A model generated the notes under the pieces. That model did not search any database and had not been told where the DNA came from. It saw only the letters and a program-made list of their open reading frames with translations. Of a stretch of DNA of 64,000 bases, positions 48,438-56,840 are shown one piece after another. The number at the start of each line of letters is the position of its first letter. Within the stretch, counting starts at the first letter, position 1. Source of the stretch: a virus; IMG/VR virus record IMGVR_UViG_3300008259_000014, positions 38,311 through 102,310 of that record; one strand, written 5' to 3'. Both the position numbers and the translations under genes were made by a program.

Positions 48438-49466
48438 TTACTTGCAAAAGCTAATGCAATCTTTTGCAATATGGAAATGATCTTCCATAAATAGCTTTGC
48501 ATTCATTGCATCAGTAAGCATGGAAATTGGAAGCCATGCAACACCGGCTGCATCGTCAGCGGCAGTAACATCAATTTCATACTTATCAGGAATCATCCAT
48601 GCAAAAGCATGGGTAATAGTTCTGCCGCGAGTAGAGCGATTAGGATGATCAAACACCTTTGAACTCTTAAGCCACTCTTCCATCATTGGAAGCTTGGCTC
48701 CAGAATTAGGATTTCTAACTGTAAACAGAGTTTCCTCTCTGAGCTCACGAAGTGCAGATTCCTTAATAAACTCACCACTCTCAATGAAGCCTCCAGGCAT
48801 AGCATAAAGGCCCTTACCAGGCATACCCTTTCTAATTACTGCAAGAAAGCTGCTTCTATGTACTACAACAGAATCGACAGTCACAAAGATGGGAGGAAAC
48901 GGAGACTTGCTCCAGGCCTGCTTATAACGCTTGATATAAGCCCACTCCTCAAAAAGGTGATTAGCAGTAGTCTTAAAAAATCTCATGGTAATGTCATACG
49001 ACTTGCTAGAAAAAGCCCAGTGAAGAGAGGTATTCTTACCTTCAAAGATTGCCTCACGAACCATGGTTGCATTGATGGTATGACCTTTTTCATCAGTATA
49101 CTGAGGGCAGTCCACAACCTCAATATCATCACCAAAGATTTTTAGATAGTAAGTGCTTTCATCCTTATTAGAGCCTACAATGCAGGAGTTCTTGCAGTCG
49201 CTAATAATCTCTTTAATCTGACTAACCCAAAGCCTATCATCATATGGATAATCGCAAATTGGTATGACAGTTACATTTGGAAACTCAGATTTAATAATCT
49301 CTGCACGCTCTTCAAAAGTAAGAGGATTCTTGATAGAGCGAGCTACGTTTGCCGAGCCAACAAGAATTGTAACTTCCTTTCCAAGCTTTAGAGCAGACTG
49401 GATAAGGAAAGCGTGTCCAATATGGAAGGGCTGAAAGCGACCAATAACAAAAGCCTTATTCTTCAT
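48438..49466 (-). CDS. nadM: Bifunctional NMN adenylyltransferase / Nudix ADP-ribose pyrophosphatase
   Basis: IGRFQPFHIGH, NPLTFEER, NATMVR, Nudix box PGG...E.......RELREET, DDA. Confidence 0.92.
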   Translation of the reverse strand: MKNKAFVIGRFQPFHIGHAFLIQSALKLGKEVTILVGSANVARSIKNPLTFEERAEIIKSEFPNVTVIPICDYPYDDRLWVSQIKEIISDCKNSCIVGSNKDESTYYLKIFGDDIEVVDCPQYTDEKGHTINATMVREAIFEGKNTSLHWAFSSKSYDITMRFFKTTANHLFEEWAYIKRYKQAWSKSPFPPIFVTVDSVVVHRSSFLAVIRKGMPGKGLYAMPGGFIESGEFIKESALRELREETLFTVRNPNSGAKLPMMEEWLKSSKVFDHPNRSTRGRTITHAFAWMIPDKYEIDVTAADDAAGVAWLPISMLTDAMNAKLFMEDHFHIAKDCISFCK

Positions 49467-49530
49467 AATATCTCCTTGGTATTACCAGTTTTTACGCGGC
49501 TGGCCCTCGACAGCAAGAAAGTGCTGCTCT
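49467..49530 (-). promoter_or_regulatory. Structured 5' leader, copy B (before the NadM-Nudix RBS)
   Basis: See copy A. Confidence 0.8.
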
Positions 49531-49539
49531 TTTAACTAA

Positions 49540-49818
49540 CTACTCAAGTGTAATGATTTTTTCTTGAACCAAGGAGCTTATTGCAGCTTCCTTTGCTTCC
49601 TTGAGGTTTTTACAGATGCCGGTATCAAGATAACCGCCATCAAAGCTGTAACTTTGCCAATAGTATATTTCATTGTAACTTGGAGAGGTGACAATAGTTG
49701 CAACATAATAGTTGCTGCAAAAAGAGCCACGAATCCTTAATGTAAACCAGGTTTGACCTGTAGTCACATCCTCTTTTTGTACCCAGAAAAGCTCCGGGTC
49801 TGGAAGAATGAGCTTCAT
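49540..49818 (-). CDS. Hypothetical protein
   Basis: ORF. Confidence 0.55.
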   Translation of the reverse strand: MKLILPDPELFWVQKEDVTTGQTWFTLRIRGSFCSNYYVATIVTSPSYNEIYYWQSYSFDGGYLDTGICKNLKEAKEAAISSLVQEKIITLE

Positions 49819-49835
49819 AGCTTTTTATCCATTCA

Positions 49836-50141
49836 TTATTTTATAGGACCGTAGATGTAGACGACCTCTTTGCCGCGTGGCCATTTCTTGGTACGGTCAA
49901 ATACTCGTTTATCAAGTGTAACCTTTTGCTCTGGATACTCAAGAAGGAGCCTGCTAATAATTTTTCGAGCCTTCTTAAGGGTCTTTGCATGGACCGTATT
50001 TGTGATGCTATAAATTAGCATACCCTCATCATTCCTGGGAATGTCGTACCAATTAACAAATTTGTTTAGATGCCTAACCCACCACAATGATTGTGTTTTA
50101 TGATAAGTAGTAATCCTATAACGAACGTGACTCCTACGCAT
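49836..50141 (-). CDS. Hypothetical basic protein
   Basis: GAGG RBS; first gene after a promoter. Confidence 0.6.
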   Translation of the reverse strand: MRRSHVRYRITTYHKTQSLWWVRHLNKFVNWYDIPRNDEGMLIYSITNTVHAKTLKKARKIISRLLLEYPEQKVTLDKRVFDRTKKWPRGKEVVYIYGPIK

Positions 50142-50247
50142 TTTTACCTCATTTTATAGCTGTAGCTGATAATCTACCTCTTGATAATGGTATTATCAAT
50201 AATGGACTTTTTAATGGCCGCCATGTATGCTCGGCCGCCAACGGTTA

Positions 50248-50275
50248 AATATATCCCGGCTAAATCCTGGATCAC
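50248..50275 (-). promoter_or_regulatory. GTGATCC-N15-TATATT promoter (copy 4)
   Basis: Shares AAAAATCGTGATCCAGGA with copy 3. Confidence 0.7.
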
Positions 50276-50335
50276 GATTTTTCTTAATCTGCTAAGATGG
50301 GCAAGATTGTCGCTAAACTGCCGCCCTATAATTAT

Positions 50336-50968
50336 TTAATAAAATCTAGATATATCAATATATTTAGCATTAACTTTTATAGCATCATCTTCAAGATAAA
50401 AATATCCAAAATGATTTGCATAAGGCTCGCAAATGTCCTCTATGTGAATTTTTATAAAACTCTCAATACACAATGGCAGTTGTATCTCTAAATTAACAGC
50501 ATCATATGCTTGGATGGCAGAGCTATATGCCTCTTGATTTTCTCTTCTGCTATGCAGCAGGCTATCATAATATGTATTTTTAGCCTTAAAGTCTTCAAAT
50601 AAATTGAAGACTTTTTCATCTATATAATTATTATCATACAAGTATTTAATTGAAACAATCCTTGATTTGCTCAAGGGTGGATCATACAAATTATCGTCTG
50701 AATCGCTATAAACTTTTGCAGCAACAATTTCATTAGTATCTAGAATCTGATAAATATATCCGTTTTCAGAAAGATATGTAGATCCAGATATAAATCTATA
50801 TTCTGTTGTGCAAGGATCTCCATCATTGAAGTCTGGGGTATAGGTATTAAACATTATTTTATTGCCTTTAATATTGGCAAGTAACTCTTTAAAGTCTTTA
50901 GTCCACTTATTTTTATTGTTGCCCCAATTTTCTTGGATTTTTTGTTCAAATTCTTTGCTTACAATCAT
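50336..50968 (-). CDS. Hypothetical protein, YTPxFNDGDPC family paralog 1
   Basis: Motif shared with two neighbours. Confidence 0.65.
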   Translation of the reverse strand: MIVSKEFEQKIQENWGNNKNKWTKDFKELLANIKGNKIMFNTYTPDFNDGDPCTTEYRFISGSTYLSENGYIYQILDTNEIVAAKVYSDSDDNLYDPPLSKSRIVSIKYLYDNNYIDEKVFNLFEDFKAKNTYYDSLLHSRRENQEAYSSAIQAYDAVNLEIQLPLCIESFIKIHIEDICEPYANHFGYFYLEDDAIKVNAKYIDISRFY

Positions 50969-50983
50969 TTCAGTCCTTTTAAA

Positions 50984-51460
50984 TTATAAATTTTTAATAT
51001 AAGAGACTGGCATAGATTTTTCTATGAAATCTCTTTTGGCTAAACCACACTGACTAACTCTAAGAAGCATTCTCTTGCCTGATTTAGTTACAGGCATTGC
51101 TTTATGCAGAAAGCTTCCATTAAACTGCCATATATTTCCAGGGTTCATAATATCATTTTCAGTTTTAGTTCCACTAGAACCATGAATATAGAGTCTGTGG
51201 ATCTCATCTTCTTTTCCCATGCCGTCAAGATGAAGCCTTCCGTGTCCAAAGCAAAAACCTTTTTCTAAGTTTTGAACCCTAAAAGTTATAAGAGGATTAG
51301 ATATATCTTTAATCATTGCTAACAAAAGAGAATGTAAATTCTTATCCATATGCATCTTGGCAAATTCTAAAGATGAGTATTTAAAATATATCTCTTTAAT
51401 TATATTAAGATTTATATCTATATCATTTATATTTAAAAGTTTTGATGTGATATTTTCCAT
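50984..51460 (-). CDS. Possible cupin/2OG-Fe(II)-like protein
   Basis: HLD...LHKA...R pattern. Confidence 0.45.
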   Translation of the reverse strand: MENITSKLLNINDIDINLNIIKEIYFKYSSLEFAKMHMDKNLHSLLLAMIKDISNPLITFRVQNLEKGFCFGHGRLHLDGMGKEDEIHRLYIHGSSGTKTENDIMNPGNIWQFNGSFLHKAMPVTKSGKRMLLRVSQCGLAKRDFIEKSMPVSYIKNL

Positions 51461-51461
51461 G

Positions 51462-52070
51462 TTAAAATGGGGCCATATATTTCGCTTTAATTTTTATAGA
51501 ATTATCATAATATATGTATCCAAAATGATTTGGATAATTGCAAACAACATCATTTATATGAATTGATATAAAATTATGAACGCTTTTTGGCAGGCCAATC
51601 TTTTCATTAATTTTTTTTCTTAATAAAGAAACCTGATCTCTATATCCTGTGTAAAAATCAGATTCTGTATAATTAAATAATAGAATATCATAATCTTTTA
51701 TAAGCTCATATAACTCTTTATCTATATAAGTGTTTAAAAGCTTATCGATTGAAACGTGCTTTGTAAGATCAAACAAAATATTTGGTGACCAATGCTTTTG
51801 TAATTCTAAAGCTTTTGCTGAGGCCACTTCACCATTATCCAGTATCTGATAAATATATCCATTGCTTTTATCAAAGAACGTAGATCCAGATATAAACTCA
51901 ACGTTTATTGGACATGGATCGCCTTCACTAATTGGCGGTGTATAAGTTTTAAACATAATCTTACCGCCCTTTATGTTGGCAAGAATTTTTTCAAAATCAT
52001 CATGCCATCTTTTATTATGGTCTGACCAAGTCTTATCTATTTCTTCTTCAATTTCCTTGCTTAATATCAT
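51462..52070 (-). CDS. Hypothetical protein, paralog 2
   Basis: FKTYTPPISEGDPC; NHFGY. Confidence 0.65.
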   Translation of the reverse strand: MILSKEIEEEIDKTWSDHNKRWHDDFEKILANIKGGKIMFKTYTPPISEGDPCPINVEFISGSTFFDKSNGYIYQILDNGEVASAKALELQKHWSPNILFDLTKHVSIDKLLNTYIDKELYELIKDYDILLFNYTESDFYTGYRDQVSLLRKKINEKIGLPKSVHNFISIHINDVVCNYPNHFGYIYYDNSIKIKAKYMAPF

Positions 52071-52108
52071 TTATGATCTTTTGTTTTATTTGAATTTATT
52101 GCAAAGGA

Positions 52109-52729
52109 TTAGTAACTATCAATCCATTCAGATTGAATTTTAATCTCATCATCCTCATCAAGATAGATGAAGCCAAAGTTATTATTTCTATCCGAAATAA
52201 AATTTAGAATATTAATTTTTAGAAAATTCTCTATTTCTTCTGAAAAATTAAATGACTTACATAATAAATGTAATTTAATTGTATAGTCATCTCTAAAAGA
52301 TTTATAGTATGAAGATTTTTCATAATTCATACTTGATATTTCATATTCATTTATGGCTTCAAGTTGATTATTGCTTATCCATCCATTAGCTATAAAATCA
52401 TCAAGACTGATAACATCGCAAGATAAAAACATTGCTTCGCCAGATGAATAATCTTTCAATTGAAAGACCCTTGTGGCTATAAAAGTACCCGAATTCAAAA
52501 CAGCTTTGTAAGCATAGCCTGAATTTATATCTAGACATACAGGGCCAGATAAAATCTCCAAAGAGGTTGTGCATGGATCACCATCATTGAAGTCTGGGGT
52601 ATAAGTTTTAAATATTATTTTTTTATCTTTAAGGCTTTTTAATAGTTTTTTTAGATCATCATTCCAATCTTTATAAAAAGATTTCCACTCTGTTCCAATT
52701 CTAATTGCTGAATCGTTATCATCAAACAT
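52109..52729 (-). CDS. Hypothetical protein, paralog 3
   Basis: FKTYTPDFNDGDPC; NNFGF. Confidence 0.65.
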   Translation of the reverse strand: MFDDNDSAIRIGTEWKSFYKDWNDDLKKLLKSLKDKKIIFKTYTPDFNDGDPCTTSLEILSGPVCLDINSGYAYKAVLNSGTFIATRVFQLKDYSSGEAMFLSCDVISLDDFIANGWISNNQLEAINEYEISSMNYEKSSYYKSFRDDYTIKLHLLCKSFNFSEEIENFLKINILNFISDRNNNFGFIYLDEDDEIKIQSEWIDSY

Positions 52730-52761
52730 AGGCCTCTCCTCATTGGTTAATATGTTTAAAA

Positions 52762-53076
52762 CTATTTATCATAACCCAAGCACTTTTTGCAGCAATTTCT
52801 ATACCAACAGATTGTAAAGAATCCAAATGACCTCATACAATGAGGTCCATCATACCAGAAGTGGTCTTCGCTCCAATTCCATTTGAGATGGAAAGCAATA
52901 GAATAAAGAGTTGTATGACTGCTGTTCCACTCTCCACCTAAATGGTATTGATGATAAAATCCAAAAACTCTTCCGTATTCATGTATTTGAAAAGTCCATC
53001 TAAAGGCACGGCAAGGAAAGCCTGGACGTGTTTCAAGCTCTTCTGGGAAAGGTATTACTATTTCATCTAATTCCAT
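52762..53076 (-). CDS. Hypothetical aromatic-rich protein
   Basis: AAGGA RBS. Confidence 0.55.
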   Translation of the reverse strand: MELDEIVIPFPEELETRPGFPCRAFRWTFQIHEYGRVFGFYHQYHLGGEWNSSHTTLYSIAFHLKWNWSEDHFWYDGPHCMRSFGFFTICWYRNCCKKCLGYDK

Positions 53077-53129
53077 GGTAGTCCTTTAAAAAAGAAAAAC
53101 TTCAAATAAAAGATATTTGAAGCTTTAAG

Positions 53130-53205
53130 TGGTGCCCAAAACCGGGTTCGAACCGATGACCTACTGCTTACAAGGCAGTTGCTCTACCAACTGAGCTATT
53201 CGGGC
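53130..53205 (-). tRNA. tRNA-Thr(UGU)
   Basis: Cloverleaf, loop CTTGTAA, CCA. Confidence 0.92.
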
Positions 53206-53364
53206 AATATTTTATTGTTGTAAATATGTTCTAAATATCATATTTATACCGCAAACAGAATTAAAAATTTGTAAATTTAATATAATCTGCGGAATAATTG
53301 ATACTAAGCTTTCTGAGTAAAGAAGCCCCTGGAATAATAAAAAATTCCAGGGGCTTTTTGTAAG

Positions 53365-53456
53365 TGGCGGATAGTGAAGGACTCGAACCTCCGGACCCCT
53401 TTCAGGGCTCATCGCATTTCAAGTGCGCGCCGTTATGACCACTTCGGTAACTATCC
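53365..53456 (-). tRNA. tRNA-Ser(UGA)
   Basis: Long variable arm, loop CTTGAAA, GCCA. Confidence 0.92.
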
Positions 53457-53468
53457 TAATATTTTAAA

Positions 53469-53544
53469 TGGTTGATAAGATAGGAATCGAACCTATAACC
53501 TACGGAGTCAGAGTCCGTCGCTCTGCCAGTTGAGCTACTCATCA
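53469..53544 (-). tRNA. tRNA-Gln(CUG)
   Basis: Loop CTCTGAC, CCA. Confidence 0.9.
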
Positions 53545-53594
53545 ATATAAATATATTATACTTAATACATTTATTAAAAACAAACTATTTTAAA

Positions 53595-53670
53595 TGGTAG
53601 TCGAAGAGGGGCTCGAACCCACGACCTAATCGGTGTAAACGATTTGCTCTCCCAGCTGAGCTATTCGACT
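53595..53670 (-). tRNA. tRNA-Val(UAC)
   Basis: Loop TTTACAC, CCA. Confidence 0.92.
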
Positions 53671-53673
53671 GTA

Positions 53674-53955
53674 TTAATCAAAATAATATTCATCGTATGG
53701 AATTCCTTTATTTGTTTTAAAGGATCTATAATGCTTTATTAAGAATGCTCTATTATTAATAGAATTAATATCTTTTTCAGTACCTTCATAAACTTTCTTT
53801 ATTGACCAAACCCTATCGTCTCCCTTTAGTTTTATATTGCTAAAATTGGAAATAGATTTTTGAATCCACAAAGACTGCGAGGCATTTCCAGATTCTATAT
53901 CTGCAAAAATATACTCTTCTGGAAAACTCATATTATCATTAAGAAATTCGTGCAT
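53674..53955 (-). CDS. Hypothetical protein
   Basis: ORF. Confidence 0.5.
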   Translation of the reverse strand: MHEFLNDNMSFPEEYIFADIESGNASQSLWIQKSISNFSNIKLKGDDRVWSIKKVYEGTEKDINSINNRAFLIKHYRSFKTNKGIPYDEYYFD

Positions 53956-54589
53956 GATTCTTTATAGCCTCTATTGTTGCCATACTTTCACCTGGTACAT
54001 GAAGAATTCCAACACCTCCTGCCTTATTCCAGGCGTCAATTGTAGAAAATTTATCATCTATTAAAATATGTGGAACAAGATCGCCGTCAACAACAGATAA
54101 AGCGTATTTATATTTCATCCTGGCTGGAGTTATATAGACATTTTTTGGATTTGGCTTTAGCCATTTTCTTGCCCAGGCAGTCTTACCTTCTATTGCTGGA
54201 GTTCCGATAAATGAAACATTCTGATCAATTGGAGCAGTAAGCATATTTACAGGTATGCCTAGAGAATTTATAAATGGCCACAATTCATTAATTCCATCCT
54301 CTAGTGGGATAAGGCTAGAGAAAAATAGTCCAGGATTACAGCCTATAGCTGTAAAAAGAAGGTCTCTTGCTCTCTGAGAGTCCATCATAAATTTTTCATG
54401 GAGATACAATTCAGAGTTTATATTTTTATTGAAGAAATCAATATTTTCATTGACAATTTTTTCTACTTCGTAATTTATAAAAATCTTCTCCTCTCCTGCT
54501 ACAATTGACTTCATTAGTTTTTCTGCAGCAGGAAAGAAATCAGCTACAACTCCGTCCATATCACAAAAAATAGAAACTGGCTTTTTCAT
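53939..54589 (-). CDS. HAD 5'(3')-deoxyribonucleotidase (NT5C-like)
   Basis: DMDGVVADF, LTA, GK..W, LIDD, W..AGG.GILH. Confidence 0.82.
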   Translation of the reverse strand: MKKPVSIFCDMDGVVADFFPAAEKLMKSIVAGEEKIFINYEVEKIVNENIDFFNKNINSELYLHEKFMMDSQRARDLLFTAIGCNPGLFFSSLIPLEDGINELWPFINSLGIPVNMLTAPIDQNVSFIGTPAIEGKTAWARKWLKPNPKNVYITPARMKYKYALSVVDGDLVPHILIDDKFSTIDAWNKAGGVGILHVPGESMATIEAIKNHARIS

Positions 54590-54599
54590 GAAAATCTCC

Positions 54600-54992
54600 T
54601 TACCAATGTTCGATTATTGTTCCGCTTTTTACAGCATAATCCATAAGCTGATCTTCTGTGGGCACAAACATCTCATTATCAAACAAATCTTTCAATCTAT
54701 TAGCCCTTCTTATTGCTTTTTCTTCTTTTTCTAATGGTCCATTTAATGATACAGCAGAATCATCAATTGAGCCAAATAATAACCTTGCGTAATAAAGGTC
54801 TTTTTGATAATCTTTAACAACACACAAGGTCGCATCGGAGCCTATCATTCCATAGTAAAACGATGCTGAATTTGGACCAACATAGAAGATTTTGGTATAT
54901 TGCGCATAAGCATCTTGCGTCGCTATCCATCTTGCCCTCTTGCTTATTTCAGAAAGCAAATCATAAGTAGGTATATTTGATAGATCTTCCAT
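54600..54992 (-). CDS. Hypothetical protein
   Basis: AGGTG RBS. Confidence 0.55.
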   Translation of the reverse strand: MEDLSNIPTYDLLSEISKRARWIATQDAYAQYTKIFYVGPNSASFYYGMIGSDATLCVVKDYQKDLYYARLLFGSIDDSAVSLNGPLEKEEKAIRRANRLKDLFDNEMFVPTEDQLMDYAVKSGTIIEHW

Positions 54993-55016
54993 AGTTTCAC
55001 CTTTTTTATTTAAAAG

Positions 55017-55103
55017 CGGATGCGAGAGGAGTCGAACCTCTGGAACCTTTTACAGTTCGCAGCTTTAGCAAAGCTGAGCAATAGACCACTCTGCCACGCA
55101 TCC
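55017..55103 (-). tRNA. tRNA-Ser(GCU), no encoded CCA
   Basis: Long variable arm, loop TTGCTAA. Confidence 0.9.
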
Positions 55104-55109
55104 TAATAA

Positions 55110-55562
55110 TTATTTGCAGTTTGCATTATACCATTCTTCATCATCAGTCTCTCCGCACTTACAGGCTTTTTGATAACTCATATCATTAAAAGACTTAAGC
55201 TCTTCTTTTTTATGATGTGTAAGAGGGATTGGAAGTGAATAGTAAAAAGCCTCAGTAGCTTCTTCTATCAAGAGCTTTAACTCTTTCTTGTCTTCGCTGG
55301 ACAATGGTTCTTTTTCAGACTTCATAATAATATCTTTTATTAAGCCAATTTTATTTTTGGTCCAGCCAATATTAAGTCCTATGTGACCTTCCCACATCTT
55401 ATAAGACTCTTTTTTTTCTTCATCGCTAGAAGCCCACTCAATATTATCTAACACCAAATCATATATATTTTTTGACATCTCTTTAAACTGAGGCTTGCTT
55501 GGCTTTCTTGGCGCTCTTTTTGCTATCTTAGTTAGCTCTAAAATTCTGCTTGCTCTACTCAT
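55110..55562 (-). CDS. Hypothetical protein, probable late/virion protein
   Basis: TGCTAAT upstream; MSRASRILELTKIAK leader. Confidence 0.55.
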   Translation of the reverse strand: MSRASRILELTKIAKRAPRKPSKPQFKEMSKNIYDLVLDNIEWASSDEEKKESYKMWEGHIGLNIGWTKNKIGLIKDIIMKSEKEPLSSEDKKELKLLIEEATEAFYYSLPIPLTHHKKEELKSFNDMSYQKACKCGETDDEEWYNANCK

Positions 55563-55607
55563 TAGAATCTCCAATAGAATCTTTTATATTAGCAAACAAA
55601 TATAAGA

Positions 55608-55679
55608 TAGGGGTACCTGGACTCGAACCAGGAAACAGAGGTTCAAAGCCTCCAGTGTTGCCAATTACACTATACCCCA
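55608..55679 (-). tRNA. tRNA-Gln(UUG), no encoded CCA
   Basis: Loop CTTTGAA. Confidence 0.88.
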
Positions 55680-55705
55680 TCAACTTTCTTTTTATTATTT
55701 ATATA

Positions 55706-55779
55706 TGGCACCGCCCCAGAGAATCGAACTCCGATCAAGTGATTTGGAATCACCTATTCTACCATTGAACTAGAGCGGT
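55706..55779 (-). tRNA. tRNA-Trp(CCA)
   Basis: Loop TTCCAAA, GCCA. Confidence 0.9.
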
Positions 55780-55802
55780 ATATTTCGCCTCCTCGTGATA
55801 AT

Positions 55803-55830
55803 ATATTAACCAGGGATTAGTTGGCGGCAA
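55803..55830 (-). promoter_or_regulatory. Sigma70-like promoter TTGCCG-16-TAATAT for the tRNA run
   Basis: Hexamers plus upstream A-tract. Confidence 0.6.
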
Positions 55831-55874
55831 TAATTTTTTTATTTTTTTTCAAAGGCCGCATTATTTGGCCTAAT

Positions 55875-56840
55875 TTAAGCCAATGACTCAAGAATCTTGA
55901 TAAGATTATTATCACTTACATCTGCAAATGTAATGTGCTGACCAGGCTTTAAGCTATTGATAATTTTGCTTGATCCAATCTGGTTGCGCTTATAAGATTT
56001 AGGGTTAAAAATTGATGAGAACTGCTTTATATATTTATCATCGTGAGGTGCAGCCACCCTTTTGAAGGTGCACTCTGCAACTCTACGCTTAACAATCTCA
56101 TTAAGGCCGTAAAGATGGATAAGCTTGTTGGACTTAGATACATCAAAGTCAAAAGGAAGTACTGCGGTGTACCCCTCCCAGTTAGCAACAATGTGGTCTT
56201 TCTTTTCTGCACCTGTAATAATAATTTTTACCCAAAAACTTGTTCCAGGCTTCATATAACGATAACCACTATTCAGTGATTCTACAATCCAATGAACATA
56301 CATTGATCTATTTAGTTCAAACAAAAAGTAATAATTATCATTATATTTTATGATTTTAGACTTCTCTAAATTATCTTTATAATTGCTTTTTTCTTTTTGT
56401 GCTTTATAGTAATTAAGAATTCCTGTATTAGCATCAACCCAGAAAATACCGCTTCTATAGTTACGAGCACCAATGTTAATGCCCTTTGAGTTATAGAGAA
56501 TATCCCCTTCTTTTACGATATCTTTCTCAACCATATAATCAAGATGCTGATGCACGTGTATCTGCAAAGTTCCATCCTTTGGAAGAACTTTGCAAATCTC
56601 AGAATAAACATCATCCCAAAGCATTTTTTTATTGCTACACTTTCTTAAAAATCCTTTAATTGGAGATAGAAAGTCGTTTAGCTGCTTTGTCTTTTTACTT
56701 TTAAGCTCAAAAGCGATAGAGGCAACCTCGTCTTCTTCTGGCTTTTTACGAAGCCTCTTTCTTACAGATATCATTCCTTTTTCGTATTTACCGCCAGTTC
56801 TTGGCCTCTCACAGATAATCTTTTTTGCGTCCTCCCTCAC
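55875..56840 (-). CDS. Hypothetical basic protein
   Basis: GTG start behind GAGGGG. Confidence 0.6.
   Translation of the reverse strand: MREDAKKIICERPRTGGKYEKGMISVRKRLRKKPEEDEVASIAFELKSKKTKQLNDFLSPIKGFLRKCSNKKMLWDDVYSEICKVLPKDGTLQIHVHQHLDYMVEKDIVKEGDILYNSKGINIGARNYRSGIFWVDANTGILNYYKAQKEKSNYKDNLEKSKIIKYNDNYYFLFELNRSMYVHWIVESLNSGYRYMKPGTSFWVKIIITGAEKKDHIVANWEGYTAVLPFDFDVSKSNKLIHLYGLNEIVKRRVAECTFKRVAAPHDDKYIKQFSSIFNPKSYKRNQIGSSKIINSLKPGQHITFADVSDNNLIKILESLA

Noticed and set aside
46916-49509. The 29-bp repeat as a DNA operator (e.g. NrtR box), CRISPR repeat or IS end
   Set aside because: Not palindromic as DNA, only two copies, both at the RBS, and the flanking stem covaries; a DNA role is not strictly excluded
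53212-53412. 66-aa ORF and similar ORFs over tRNAs (e.g. 55550..55768)
   Set aside because: They overlap clear tRNA genes; spurious
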